39,324 nt of DNA from Myxococcota bacterium (lineage in GTDB: Bacteria > Myxococcota > Myxococcia > Myxococcales > Myxococcaceae), in NCBI GenBank assembly GCA_040755835.1, contig JBFMAB010000122.1:107180-146503 (forward strand), in the 5' to 3' direction. The translations under genes were made by a program, and so were the position numbers. Positions 18,010 through 27,653 of this stretch are shown here, one piece after another. Under the pieces are notes generated by a model that ran no database searches, was not told where the DNA came from, and was given only the letters and a program-made list of their open reading frames with translations. Every line of letters begins with the position of its first letter. Positions within the stretch are counted from its first letter, which is position 1.

Positions 18010-18337
18010 CGCGAAAGTCCTCCCCGCGCCTGAAGCCCCGAGCCACGCGTTGCTCGCGCCCGGGGGTCCGCGGCCGAGCGACGAGCGCTGCGGGCCGCCG
18101 GGGAGCGGCGCCACCACCTCGCCCATGCCCCCGACGTGCAGTGGCTGACGGCCGGCGTGCGGCGGTGAGGGCGGGTACGGACCACACGTGCGCGCCGGGG
18201 CTCGAACCTCTCCGGGCAGAGCGCCAGGGGCGGCACCGGCACCGCGGTGCCCGGGCCGACGGACGGCGCCCGGGCGCTTCGCGTCCTTCGGGGCGGAGAG
18301 GAGCGACCGCACGGGCGCCGCGCGGCACGACGCGCCC

Positions 18338-18899
18338 ATGCGGACGCGCGTCTTCGGGCTCTCGACTGGCCTCGCGCTGTCCGTGCTGTCCCTCGCCGCG
18401 TGCGGGGCCGCCGCGCCGGCGTGCGCCGGCGACGCGTGTGCGCGCGAGGCCGCCGGCTGCGCGCACACGGCGGGCACCTGCGCGATGAATTCCTCCGGCT
18501 CGTCGTGCACGCAGGCGTGCGAGGGCCCGGCGGCCTGCGCGCTGGACCTCGGCGGCGCCGCGTCGGCGACGTGTATCTGCACGGCGAGCTGCACCGGCAC
18601 CGCGGGCGACGACGTCACGCTCCTGCAACAGCAGCTCGACGTGCTCGGTGAACGCCGGCGCGCGCCTCACTGCCACTTGCACCAGCTCGTCGAAGGGCAC
18701 CTTCCAGGGCGGGTCCGGCACCGGCGTGCGCTGCAGCAACAGCGCGGAGTGCGCACTCGCGTGCACCGGCATGAGCTGCGCCATCCTCTACAACGACAGC
18801 GCGAGTTTCACGTGCACGGGTGCGGCCTGCGGCATCACCTGCCGCGCGGGCCACGCCACGACGTGTCCCGACGGCCGGCTGGTGTGTGGCACGTCGTGA
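18338..18899 (+). CDS. Cys-rich secreted lipoprotein, apparently interrupted by a 1-nt frameshift near 18608-18616
   Basis: Signal peptide and lipobox (LSVLSLAAC). The Cys-rich frame 0 runs to about 18613 (..CTASCTGTAGDD). A similarly Cys/Ser/Thr-rich frame +1 continues to the stop at 18899 (..TCTGAACGITCRAGHATTCPDGRLVCGTS). Frame 0 beyond 18613 and frame +1 before 18600 both look noncoding (Arg-rich). Confidence 0.35.
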
Positions 18900-18976
18900 T
18901 GACGCGCGCCACCGCGTCGGTCTTCCTCCGCCTGGCCGTCGTCCTGCCCGAAGGTGTGCAAGGTTTACCCCGGTCC

Positions 18977-19768
18977 ATGGCCCGTCCCCGCAAACCGCCC
19001 AAGTGGCTGGAGGCCGCCCGGCAACGCCCTCCCGGCGGAGGAAACGACTGGCTCGCGCGGGCCCTGTCGCGCGCCGGCGCGCTGCCCTTCGGCGACGCGG
19101 AGGCCGCGGTGCGGGCGGGCCGCGTCACCGTCGACGGGCGCGTCGTCACGCAGCCGCTCGCGCCGGTGACGGCCACCGCTCGCGTCGCCGTGGACGGGAA
19201 GCCCGTGGACGTGAAGCCGACCACGCGCGTGGTGATGTTCCACAAGCCGGCGGGGCTGGTGACGGCGGGCAGGGACGCCGAGGGGCGGGGCACCGTCTTC
19301 GAGGCGCTCCGCCGCGCGCTGCCGCCCGCCCTGCAGGGCTACGGCTGGCACGCGGTGGGCCGGCTCGACCGCGACACCACCGGGCTGTTGCTGTTCACCA
19401 ACGACGAGCGCTTCGTCGCGCACGCCACGCGGCCCGAGACGCACCTTCCGAAGCGCTACGTGGCGCGCGTCGGCGCGAAGGTGACGGAGGCGAAGCTGGC
19501 GCAGCTGCGCGCTGGCGTGACGCTGGAGCCCGGCGTCATCTCGAAGCCGGCGGGCGCGCAGGCGCGCGGCGACGACGTGGTGGAGCTGACGCTGACAGAG
19601 GGCCGCTACCACCAGGTGAAGCGCATGCTGAACGCGGTGGGGCTGCCGACGCTGGCGCTGCACCGCGAGGCGGTGGGCGCGCTGGTGCTGGACGTGGCGG
19701 TGGGCGCGGTGCGGGAGCTGTCGGCCGACGAGGTGCGCGAGGCCCTCGGCTACGCGCCGCGTGCCTAA
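18977..19768 (+). CDS. Pseudouridine synthase, RsuA/RluB family (S4 domain plus catalytic domain)
   Basis: S4-like N-terminus (WLARALSRAGALPFGDAEAAVRAGRVTVDG), catalytic-Asp motif GRLDRDTTGLLLFTND, and YHQVKRMLNAVG. The internal ATG at 18977 was chosen. Confidence 0.8.
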   Translation: MARPRKPPKWLEAARQRPPGGGNDWLARALSRAGALPFGDAEAAVRAGRVTVDGRVVTQPLAPVTATARVAVDGKPVDVKPTTRVVMFHKPAGLVTAGRDAEGRGTVFEALRRALPPALQGYGWHAVGRLDRDTTGLLLFTNDERFVAHATRPETHLPKRYVARVGAKVTEAKLAQLRAGVTLEPGVISKPAGAQARGDDVVELTLTEGRYHQVKRMLNAVGLPTLALHREAVGALVLDVAVGAVRELSADEVREALGYAPRA

Positions 19769-20196
19769 CTCAGAGACGCGCCCTGCAGCAGCACCGCGCC
19801 GACGGCCGCGATGACGTACGGCACCATGCCCGCGGCGGCCGCGTAGTCCCTGGCGAGGCGCTGACCGAGGAAGAGCGAGAGGAGCGAGACGCCCGCGACG
19901 CACGCGCCGAGGAACGCCACCGCGCTGTGTCGCGTGAAGACGTTGGCGAGGCACCCGGCGGCCGACAGCACGCCGGCCAGCACCTCGAGCACCGTGATGG
20001 TGAAGAGCATCAAGCGCGGGAAGCGGCCCAGCGGCGTCTTCGCGAGGTAGCCGCCGATGTATTCGCGGTTCCCCTTCCAATCGAGCACCTTGTCGAGGCC
20101 CGACTGCAGGAAGAGGACGCTGAAGAAGGCGCTCGCCAGCACCTGCGCTGCCCAGAGGCTCACGGAGTGCGTCATGGGCGAGAGCTTGTAGCTCAA
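19765..20196 (-). CDS. DoxX-family integral membrane protein
   Basis: 143 aa with four TM helices and a DoxX-like pattern. Convergent 4-nt overlap with the pseudouridine synthase stop. Confidence 0.65.
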   Translation of the reverse strand: MSYKLSPMTHSVSLWAAQVLASAFFSVLFLQSGLDKVLDWKGNREYIGGYLAKTPLGRFPRLMLFTITVLEVLAGVLSAAGCLANVFTRHSAVAFLGACVAGVSLLSLFLGQRLARDYAAAAGMVPYVIAAVGAVLLQGASLS

Positions 20197-20203
20197 TCCG
20201 CCG

Positions 20204-20692
20204 TCAGCCGCCCTTCAGCAGCGTCAGCAGCGTCCGGGGCAGGAGGAAGCGCAAGCTGGCCTGGCCCAGCGTGATGACGGCGCCGTCGTGCAGCGGCACG
20301 CGCGCGCCCTTGGCCACCGCGTCCCCGTCGAGCCACGTGCCATTCTTCGACTGCGCGTCGCACAGCATCCACGTCTTCTGGCGCTCGTCGAACTGCAGCC
20401 AGGCGTGGAAGCGGCTCACCGAGGTGTCGTCGATGATGACGTCGTTGGACTCCACGCGGCCCAGCGTGATGCCCATGGGGAACGCGTTGTTGGTGCGCTG
20501 GGCCTTCTCGACGAAGAAGAGCTGCGGGTCGCTGTCCTCGGGCGGCTTGCCCACCACCAGGGCGCCCGTCTTCTCCCAGTCCTCGGCGGCCGCCGCGCCC
20601 TTGCGCTCGAAGAGGAGCACCGGCGTGGTGAGGCGGAGCTCGACCGCTCGGGGGTCCTTGCGCCACTGCTGGGAGAGGTCGCTGAGCAGCAT
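20204..20692 (-). CDS. FHA-domain protein
   Basis: FHA signature: GR...NDVIIDDTSVSRFHAWLQF...DAQSKNGTWLDGDAV (the GR...S.HA...NGT core). Confidence 0.7.
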   Translation of the reverse strand: MLLSDLSQQWRKDPRAVELRLTTPVLLFERKGAAAAEDWEKTGALVVGKPPEDSDPQLFFVEKAQRTNNAFPMGITLGRVESNDVIIDDTSVSRFHAWLQFDERQKTWMLCDAQSKNGTWLDGDAVAKGARVPLHDGAVITLGQASLRFLLPRTLLTLLKGG

Positions 20693-20728
20693 GCGTTCGC
20701 GGACGGCGAGGCTAGCAGCACCGCCAAT

Positions 20729-22720
20729 TCACCGCCGCCGTGCACCGGCGAGCAGGTGGTCCGCGTTCTCCGCGTACACCTTCCGCAGCACCTCGGGCGG
20801 CAGACCCAGGCCGGAGATGCGCCACCGGCCCTGGATGGGCGTCGGGTGGGCGAAGTCGCGGTCGCGCGTCTCGAAGAAGCGCCAGGTGGCGGTGAAGAAG
20901 TGGGACACGTCGGCGGGCGTGGGCGGCGTGGCGCCGGTGCTGCCCAGCATCAGCTGCGCGTCGGTGGGGCCCACGCCGAGGTCGGTGCCGAAGAGGATGC
21001 GGTCCTGGTAGCGGACGAAGAGGTCGCGGAGCGCCTCGGGCGGCTGTCGGCCCAGCTCCGGCACGCGCGCCGCGGTGTCGACGTACAGGTTGGGCAGCGC
21101 GTCCAGCATCGCGGCGACGGCCCACGGGTCCTCCGGGTCGTTCCCGAAGTGCACGCCGATGAAGGTGGTGCGCGGGTGCCGCGCGACGCGGCGGCCGTAG
21201 GCGGCGAAGAGCGCGTCCCACGACGGGACGTCGGCGCCCGCGTAGCGCCACCCCGGGTGCGCGGAGAGCTCGTCGATGCGCTCATTGGCCTCGGTCGCCG
21301 GCTGCCAGAAGGCCTTCGGGTCGCCAGTGTGAATCGAGATGGGCAGCCCCAGCTCGCCGGCCTTCTCGAAGAGCGGGTCGAGGCGCGGGTCGTCCACCCC
21401 CAGCAGCGTGCCGTCCGGCGCGCGCGCGCCGAGTCCGAGGGACTTGAAGAACTTGAGCCCCTTCGCGCCGAGCCGCTGCGCCGCCTCCGTCTGCGCCACC
21501 AGCTCGTCGATGGAGAGTTCGCCCCTGGCGAAGGCGCCCACCGGCGGGTTGGCGAACACGACGACGCGGCCGTTCGTGCTGCGGGCGGCCTCCACCGAGG
21601 CCTCGAGGCCCTCGCCCGGCCAGCCGCCCGACAGGTTGATGGCGACGTCGATGCCCCACGCGTCCATCAGCGCGACGAGGCGAGGCACGTCGGCGGGCGA
21701 GACGTGCACGTGCGCGTCCACCTTGCGGTAGCGCGGGGCGCCATCGGCGGTGGCCTTGTCGGGAGGCAGGTAGATGCGCTCGCCCTGGTCCAGCACCACC
21801 CACTCGCGCGACGCATCGTCGGCGAGGAAGAGCGCCTTCGCGGCGTCGATGTCGAGGCCGGGCATCTTCGCGAGGCCCTTCGCCCAGGGCTGGAAGAAGT
21901 TGTCGTAGTGCGTCGGGAGGACGCGGCGCGGCTTCGCTTCCGCGAGCAGGCCGTCCACCTTGGCCTTCGTCTGCGCTTCACCGGTGACGCCGACGATGAG
22001 GGTGGCGGCGGGCGGCGCGTTCAGCTCGCCGGGCGCGAAGGTGCTGGTGGGGTGGAACCACAGCGAGGTGCCGTTGGCCTCGAGGCGGTAGAAGAGCGTC
22101 TCGTCGAGGGCGTACTCGAAGAAGCGCAGCGGGCCCGCGGTGGGCGAGACGACGCCGCCCATGGGGTGCGAGATGCCGGCGATGTCGGCATGGCGGGTGC
22201 CGCGCACGTCGATGGTGAAGGTACCCACCGTGAAGTGGTCGCCGGGCTTCACGAGGCGGGTGCGCCCGGCGGGGACGCCGCGGCTCAGCGCGAGGTTGAC
22301 GGTGGACTGCGAGCCGATGACGAGCGCACCGGTGCGCAGGGCAATGGCCGGCACGTCGAGCGCATGGTCATGGTGCGTGTGGTTGACGAGAATGGCGTCG
22401 GCCTTCGGGCACTCCTTCGCGCCGAGGGCTTCGTCCGGCGACAAGGGAGCGAGCAGCGCGAGCGGCGGCGGGCGCGTCGGCGTCGGGTCGAGCAGCAGCG
22501 TGGTGGTGCCGTCGCTCACCTCGTAGCCGGAGACGCCGAGGTAGCGGACGCTGAGGCCGTCGGTTCGCGGCGTGCGGAGCGCGGCAGGTCCACGGTGTGC
22601 GGCGGGGACGGTCCACGGCACGTGGCGCACGGCGACGAGGAAGACGGCGACGGCCAGCGCGGGGAGAGCGAGCAGCGCGGCGAGCGCGACGAGGAGGCGG
22701 CGGCGGAGGCGGGGTGTCAC
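20729..22720 (-). CDS. Membrane-anchored fusion of an MBL-fold metallo-hydrolase domain and an amidohydrolase (TIM-barrel) domain
   Basis: GTG start (VTPRLRRRLLVALAALLALPALAVAVFLV is the signal/anchor). MBL motif HTHHDH, then an amidohydrolase metal site (VDAHVHV) and a conserved C-terminal HxGxxD-like region. The upstream 748 codons of the 1411-aa ORF were rejected. Confidence 0.65.
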   Translation of the reverse strand: MTPRLRRRLLVALAALLALPALAVAVFLVAVRHVPWTVPAAHRGPAALRTPRTDGLSVRYLGVSGYEVSDGTTTLLLDPTPTRPPPLALLAPLSPDEALGAKECPKADAILVNHTHHDHALDVPAIALRTGALVIGSQSTVNLALSRGVPAGRTRLVKPGDHFTVGTFTIDVRGTRHADIAGISHPMGGVVSPTAGPLRFFEYALDETLFYRLEANGTSLWFHPTSTFAPGELNAPPAATLIVGVTGEAQTKAKVDGLLAEAKPRRVLPTHYDNFFQPWAKGLAKMPGLDIDAAKALFLADDASREWVVLDQGERIYLPPDKATADGAPRYRKVDAHVHVSPADVPRLVALMDAWGIDVAINLSGGWPGEGLEASVEAARSTNGRVVVFANPPVGAFARGELSIDELVAQTEAAQRLGAKGLKFFKSLGLGARAPDGTLLGVDDPRLDPLFEKAGELGLPISIHTGDPKAFWQPATEANERIDELSAHPGWRYAGADVPSWDALFAAYGRRVARHPRTTFIGVHFGNDPEDPWAVAAMLDALPNLYVDTAARVPELGRQPPEALRDLFVRYQDRILFGTDLGVGPTDAQLMLGSTGATPPTPADVSHFFTATWRFFETRDRDFAHPTPIQGRWRISGLGLPPEVLRKVYAENADHLLAGARRR

Positions 22721-22900
22721 GCGCGGCCTTGTGTCGGAGTGACCCGCCCGGCGCCAGCCAGCGCGCGCAGAACCGTCGGAGGCGTCGGGAATCGCGCGGG
22801 CGTGGGCGCGTGGGCTTGCGTGCGCGCGGTGACTCGGGCCAGATGCGCGTCCGTCCGCGGGCGGCCGGCGCCTGCGCGTCTTGTTTCCCGGGGAGTCGCC

Positions 22901-24058
22901 ATGACCACCAACGCCTTCCGCTCCGTGCTGCTCGCGGCCTTCGCGGCCGTCGCGTTCGCCGCGTGTTTCTCGGCCGTGCCCGAGGGCGCGACCTGTACCA
23001 CCGACGCCGACTGCGGCAGCGGCAAGGTGTGCGCCAACGGCGCGTGCACGACGGTGTCCGACGACGGCGGCGCGGGTGGCGGGACGGGTGGCGGCACGGC
23101 CGGTGGCGCGGGTGGCGGTGACGACGCGGGCCAGGGCGGCGGCGCGGGTGGTGGAGACGACGCGGGCCAGGGCGGCGGCGCGGGTGGTGGCACGGCGCCG
23201 GACGGGGGCATGCCGGACGCGGGCGTGTGCGGCTGCATGAGCGTGCTGGGCTGCCAGCCGGGCGACTCGCCGCTGGCGTGCGGGACGGGTGGCGCGGGCA
23301 CGATGTGCGTGAACTGTGGCATCGGCGAGCAGTGCGTCAACGGCGCGTGCGTGATGGCGGCCTGCGGGCCGATGACGTGCAACGGCTGCTGCACGAACAA
23401 CTTCTGCGTGACGCCGACGCAGCAGAACCGATTGGCGTGCGGGTCGAATGGCGCGGCGTGCATGGGCTGCGGCATGGGCCAGCAGTGCACGAACGGCGCG
23501 TGCGTGACGCCGCCGCCCTGCGACGCGACGACGTGCCCGACGGGCTGCTGTCAGAACGGCCAGTGCCAGCCGGGCAACACCAACCGCTCGTGCGGTACGG
23601 GTGGCGCGGCGTGCATGCCGTGCGGCCTGGGGAACCAGTGCGTGGCGGGCGCGTGCTTGACGCCGGACGGCGGCGCGGTGACGCCGGTGGCGGCGGGCTC
23701 GCCGTGCACGTCGTCGATGGGGTGTCAGCCGCCGCAGGGCGCGTTCTGCATCCGGGAGTCCGCGTTCGGGCAGCCGTCTGGCTACACGGGCGGCTACTGC
23801 TCCGCGCAGTGCGGGACGATGCAGCCGTGCGCGTCGGGCGTGTGCGTGACGGAGCCCCTCTTCGGGGTGAGCGGCAGCACCTGCCGGGCGAGCTGCACGG
23901 GGCCGGGCCTGGGGCAGTCGACGTGCCGGACGGGCTACGTGTGCGTGGGCATCGCGGGCGCCACGACGGGCTACTGCCGGCCGAACTGCAACAATGGCGG
24001 CCTGGCGGCGTGCCCGACGGGGCAGATGTGTGACGCGATGACGGGCTACTGCCAGTGA
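22901..24058 (+). CDS. Secreted Cys-rich tandem-repeat lipoprotein
   Basis: GGGAG RBS, signal peptide and lipobox (AVAFAAC), a Gly-rich spacer, then about three 44-aa repeats of TCxxGCCxNxxCxxxxxNRxxCGxxGAACMxCGxGxQCxxGACV, and a Cys-rich C-terminal domain. Confidence 0.7.
   Translation: MTTNAFRSVLLAAFAAVAFAACFSAVPEGATCTTDADCGSGKVCANGACTTVSDDGGAGGGTGGGTAGGAGGGDDAGQGGGAGGGDDAGQGGGAGGGTAPDGGMPDAGVCGCMSVLGCQPGDSPLACGTGGAGTMCVNCGIGEQCVNGACVMAACGPMTCNGCCTNNFCVTPTQQNRLACGSNGAACMGCGMGQQCTNGACVTPPPCDATTCPTGCCQNGQCQPGNTNRSCGTGGAACMPCGLGNQCVAGACLTPDGGAVTPVAAGSPCTSSMGCQPPQGAFCIRESAFGQPSGYTGGYCSAQCGTMQPCASGVCVTEPLFGVSGSTCRASCTGPGLGQSTCRTGYVCVGIAGATTGYCRPNCNNGGLAACPTGQMCDAMTGYCQ
23099..23198 (+). repeat. 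Direct 42-bp DNA repeat encoding the Gly-rich spacer (GGDDAGQGGGAGGG, two copies)
   Basis: gacgacgcgggccagggcggcggcgcgggtggtgg is repeated in tandem. Confidence 0.6.
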
Positions 24059-24096
24059 GGGGTGGCGGCGCGTGCCCGACGCGCCCGCCTCAGGCT

Positions 24097-24795
24097 CTAC
24101 GCCGACGCGTCCGGCGACGCAGCCGCCGGCTGCTTGCTCTCCATCACCTTCTTCGACACGAACACGTACACCCCGAACGCCACGAGCAGCGCGGGAATCA
24201 TCCACACGAAGTTCTTCCGCACCATGTCCGTGCCGCTGTGCACGAGCTCCGCGTACGTCATCGTCGCGGTGCTCTTCCCAATCACGTACCCGATGACGGT
24301 CAGCACCGTCACCCACAGGCCGGCGCCGAGCCCCGTCCACAACGTGAAGCTCTTGAGCGGCATCCTCGCGATGCCCGCGGGGATGGAGATGAGCTGGCGG
24401 ATCGCTGGCAGCAGCCGGCACACGAACGTCGCGCCCGCGCCATAGCGCCGGAACAGCTCCTCGGCCCGGCGCAGCTTGGGCGGCGGCAGCAGGAAGTACT
24501 TCCCGTACTTCTCCAGGAACGGTGTGCCGAGCCAGCTGAACAGGAAGTAGTTCACGTACGCGCCCAGCAGCGAGCCCGCCGTGCCCGCGAGGACGGCCAC
24601 CGTCGCGTCCATCACCGGGTTGCCCAGCGTCAGGCCCCCGCGCGCCGCGAGGAACCCCGCGGGGATCATCACCACCTCGCTCGGGAACGGGATGAAGGAG
24701 CTCTCGATGGTCATGAACAGCACCACCAGCAAAAACCCCCACGTCGGCGCGTAGGCGGCGAGGGTCTCGATGTGGGCGATCAACATCTCGGTCAC
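24097..24795 (-). CDS. DedA-family (SNARE-associated / TVP38) membrane protein
   Basis: DedA signature (FIPFPSEVVMIPAGFLAA...G, RLLPAIRQLISIPAG) and multiple TMs. Confidence 0.8.
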   Translation of the reverse strand: MTEMLIAHIETLAAYAPTWGFLLVVLFMTIESSFIPFPSEVVMIPAGFLAARGGLTLGNPVMDATVAVLAGTAGSLLGAYVNYFLFSWLGTPFLEKYGKYFLLPPPKLRRAEELFRRYGAGATFVCRLLPAIRQLISIPAGIARMPLKSFTLWTGLGAGLWVTVLTVIGYVIGKSTATMTYAELVHSGTDMVRKNFVWMIPALLVAFGVYVFVSKKVMESKQPAAASPDASA

Positions 24796-24860
24796 GGGTC
24801 TGGCCTCCGGTCGCGGGGCGGATTACCACCATTCCCTCGGCATGCGAAACGAGGGCTGTC

Positions 24861-25520
24861 ATGGGTGAGGCGATCGACCGGGTGCGCGCCGCCGTGCGCC
24901 GGCTCAAGGTGTTTCCGCTGCCGTCCGTCGTCCTGCTCCCCGGCACCGTCCAGCCCCTCCACATCTTCGAGCAGCGCTACCGTGACATGGTGAAGGCCGC
25001 CCTCGAGTCCGACGGCGTCTTCGCCATGGCCCAGGTCCTCCCCGGCCAGGAAAACCGCCTCGCCGGCTCGCCCGAGCTCGAGCCCATGCTCTGCGCCGGC
25101 GTCATCGGCATGCACGAGCAGCTCGAGGACGGCCGCTACAACCTCGTCCTCGTCGGCGTCGCCCGCGTCCGTCTGGTGCGCGAGCTGCCGCAGGTCGCCA
25201 GCTACCGCGAGGTCGAGGCCGAGCTCGTCGAGGATCCGCCCGTCGACTCCGAGGAAGAGGTTCCTCTCCGCCAGGCCGTGCTCGAGCTCATCGCCCGCGT
25301 CCCCGACGAGGTGGGCGACAAGGTGGCCACCGTCACCAGCCGCCTGCACGGCGGGCAGCTCGCCGACGTCGTCGCCGGCACCATTCTCCAGGAGCCCGCC
25401 CAGCGCTTCGAGGTCCTCCTCCAGACCGACGTCCGCGCCCGCCTCCGCGAGGTCACCGACGAGGTCATGCAGGTCGTCGCCCGCCTGAAGCCGAAGAAGC
25501 AGAAAGGGCTGCTCCATTGA
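24861..25520 (+). CDS. Lon N-terminal (LON substrate-binding) domain protein
   Basis: The N-terminus FPLPSVVLLPGTVQPLHIFEQRYRDMV matches the Lon N-domain start (PLFPLxxxVLFPGxxLPLxIFExRY). About 220 aa, with no ATPase or protease domain. Confidence 0.7.
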   Translation: MGEAIDRVRAAVRRLKVFPLPSVVLLPGTVQPLHIFEQRYRDMVKAALESDGVFAMAQVLPGQENRLAGSPELEPMLCAGVIGMHEQLEDGRYNLVLVGVARVRLVRELPQVASYREVEAELVEDPPVDSEEEVPLRQAVLELIARVPDEVGDKVATVTSRLHGGQLADVVAGTILQEPAQRFEVLLQTDVRARLREVTDEVMQVVARLKPKKQKGLLH

Positions 25521-25570
25521 CCTCGGGCGCCAGCCTTGAATTCCCCGGTTTTTCGGGCGTTGATCGGTCC

Positions 25571-26317
25571 GTGACGCGCCACTTCCACCAGTTGGGCCTC
25601 CGGGCCGCCCTGTGGGCCTTCGTCGCCCTGGCCCTGCCCGCGTGGGGCGCCGACGGCGACTGGGAAACCGTCCTCGAAGGTCCCATCACCATCAAGAACC
25701 GCGCGGTGCCCAACAGCGCCGTGAAGGAGATTTGGGCCGAGGGCGACATGGCCGCGCCCGTGCAGGACATCCAGGACACGCTGATGAAGCCGGAGCTGTT
25801 CCGCAGCTTCATGCCGTACCTGAAGGACTCGCGGGAGATCAGCAAGAAGCTCGAAGACGGCAGCGTGTACGTCTACACGCTCATCGACCTCCCGGTGGTC
25901 GGCAAGCGCGACTACATCGTGCGCGTGTGGCTGCGCGAAGGCGTCAAGCCGGACGGCACCGGCACCTTCCGCAACGAGTGGAAGGCCGAGCCCGACTACC
26001 TCCCGCTGCGCTCCAACATCACTCGCGTGCGCCTCAACACCGGGGGCTGGACCATCACCCCCGTCGGTGACGGCTCGAAGAGCCACGTCGTGTACCAGTT
26101 CGCCGTCGACCCCGGCGGCTGGGTCCCGTCCTTCGCCGTCAACATGGGCAACGAGAAGGGCGTCGGCGACACCTTCCGCGCCGTGGAGAAGGAAGCGCAG
26201 AGGCGCCGCGACGAGCGCCTCGCGAAGCAAGCCAGGGCCGCGAAGGAAGCGAAGGCGGCCGAGGCGAAGGCCGAAACCCCCAGCGCCACGCCGGCCCCCG
26301 CGGTCGCCGCGCCCTGA
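25571..26317 (+). CDS. Secreted START/SRPBCC (Bet v1-like) domain protein with a Lys/Ala/Glu-rich tail
   Basis: Signal peptide ([20 protein letters not shown]) and a START-like core ([21 protein letters not shown]...GGWTITP...[16 protein letters not shown]). A GTG start was chosen; the TTG at 25517 overlaps the upstream gene and is the alternative. Confidence 0.55.
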   Translation: MTRHFHQLGLRAALWAFVALALPAWGADGDWETVLEGPITIKNRAVPNSAVKEIWAEGDMAAPVQDIQDTLMKPELFRSFMPYLKDSREISKKLEDGSVYVYTLIDLPVVGKRDYIVRVWLREGVKPDGTGTFRNEWKAEPDYLPLRSNITRVRLNTGGWTITPVGDGSKSHVVYQFAVDPGGWVPSFAVNMGNEKGVGDTFRAVEKEAQRRRDERLAKQARAAKEAKAAEAKAETPSATPAPAVAAP

Positions 26318-26469
26318 CTGGTGGACGTGACGCCGGCGCGCCCGGCGGCTCCTTCAGCTCCGCGTCCCCGTTCCGCATCGCCTCACCGGCAGGTCGGTCC
26401 TTGAACCCGCCGGGGGGGCGCGCTATGGGGCGAGCCGCTTCAGTCACCCTTACGCGGAACGGCCACACC

Positions 26470-27636
26470 ATGATCAAGGACTACCTCTTCACCTCCGAGT
26501 CGGTCACCGAGGGGCACCCGGACAAGATCTGTGACCAGATCTCCGACGGTGTCGTCGACGCGCTGATCGCGAAGGATCCCCGCGCCCGCATCGCGGTGGA
26601 GACGCTGGTGAAGACGGGCCTCGCCATCGTGGCCGGCGAGGTCACCACCAACGCGTGGATCGACATCCCCACCATCGTCCGCAAGACCATCACCCACATC
26701 GGCTACACCGACTCGTCGATGGGCTTCGACGGCCACACCTGTGGCGTCATGGTCGCCATCGAGGGCCAGTCGCAGGACATCGCCCGCGGCGTCGACGAGA
26801 AGGGCGGCAAGGAGCAGGGCGCGGGCGACCAGGGCATGATGTTCGGCTACGCGTGCAACGAGACGCCGGAGCTGATGCCCGCGCCCATCCAGTACGCGCA
26901 CACGCTGACCCGCAAGCTGTCCGAGGTGCGCCGCAAGAAGCACTCCTGGCTGCGCCCCGACGGCAAGTCGCAGGTCACCGTCGAATACAAGGACGGCAAG
27001 CCCGTGCGCATCGACGCGGTGGTCGTGTCCACCCAGCACGCCGAGGACGTCAGCAACAAGAAGATCAAGGACGTCGTGATGGAGGAGGTCATCAAGGCCT
27101 CGCTGCCCGCGAAGCTGATGGACAAGAAGACCAAGTTCTTCATCAACCCGACCGGGCGCTTCGTCGTCGGCGGCCCGATGGGCGACTCGGGCCTCACGGG
27201 CCGGAAGATCATCGTCGACACCTACGGCGGCATGGGTCGTCACGGCGGCGGCGCCTTCTCGGGCAAGGACCCGTCGAAGGTCGACCGCTCGGCGGCGTAC
27301 ATGGGCCGCTACATCGCGAAGAACGTGGTGGCCGCGGGCCTCGCGAGCCGCTGCGAGCTGCAGGTGTCCTACGCCATCGGCGTGGCCGAGCCGGTCAGCG
27401 TGATGGTGGAGACGTTCGGCACCGCCACGGTCGCCGAGGACCGCATCGCCCGCGCGGTCCGCGAGGTCTTCGGCCTGAAGCCCCGGCAGATCATCGAGCA
27501 CCTCGACCTGCTCAAGCCCATCTACCAGCGCACCGCCGCGTACGGCCACTTCGGCCGGCCGGAGTTCAGCTGGGAGAAGACGGACAAGAAGGACGCGCTC
27601 CGTGACGCCGTCGGCGCCAAGGTGAAGGCGGCCTGA
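26470..27636 (+). CDS. metK: S-adenosylmethionine synthetase
   Basis: MetK motifs: [51 protein letters not shown]. 388 aa. Confidence 0.95.
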   Translation: MIKDYLFTSESVTEGHPDKICDQISDGVVDALIAKDPRARIAVETLVKTGLAIVAGEVTTNAWIDIPTIVRKTITHIGYTDSSMGFDGHTCGVMVAIEGQSQDIARGVDEKGGKEQGAGDQGMMFGYACNETPELMPAPIQYAHTLTRKLSEVRRKKHSWLRPDGKSQVTVEYKDGKPVRIDAVVVSTQHAEDVSNKKIKDVVMEEVIKASLPAKLMDKKTKFFINPTGRFVVGGPMGDSGLTGRKIIVDTYGGMGRHGGGAFSGKDPSKVDRSAAYMGRYIAKNVVAAGLASRCELQVSYAIGVAEPVSVMVETFGTATVAEDRIARAVREVFGLKPRQIIEHLDLLKPIYQRTAAYGHFGRPEFSWEKTDKKDALRDAVGAKVKAA

Positions 27637-27653
27637 GCCGACCGGAGTCGTCG

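Noticed and set aside
15775-18618. 947-aa minus-strand ORF antisense to the Ser/Thr kinase
   Set aside because: Arg/Gly-rich nonsense translation. The kinase subdomains are on the plus strand.
20288-22900. N-terminal 870 codons of the 1256-aa plus-strand ORF
   Set aside because: Only the last 385 codons (from the ATG at 22901, with RBS and signal peptide) look coding. Upstream is antisense to the well-supported MBL/amidohydrolase and FHA genes.
22721-24964. N-terminal 748 codons of the 1411-aa minus-strand ORF
   Set aside because: Arg-rich noise antisense to the Cys-rich lipoprotein and overlapping the DedA gene. The real gene starts at the GTG at 22720, where the membrane anchor begins.
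26318-26469. Possible SAM riboswitch in the metK leader
   Set aside because: I looked for SAM-I/SAM-II-like conserved cores and pseudoknot-forming segments and found none. The leader is short and GC-rich with no recognisable riboswitch consensus. Cannot be excluded without a covariance-model scan.
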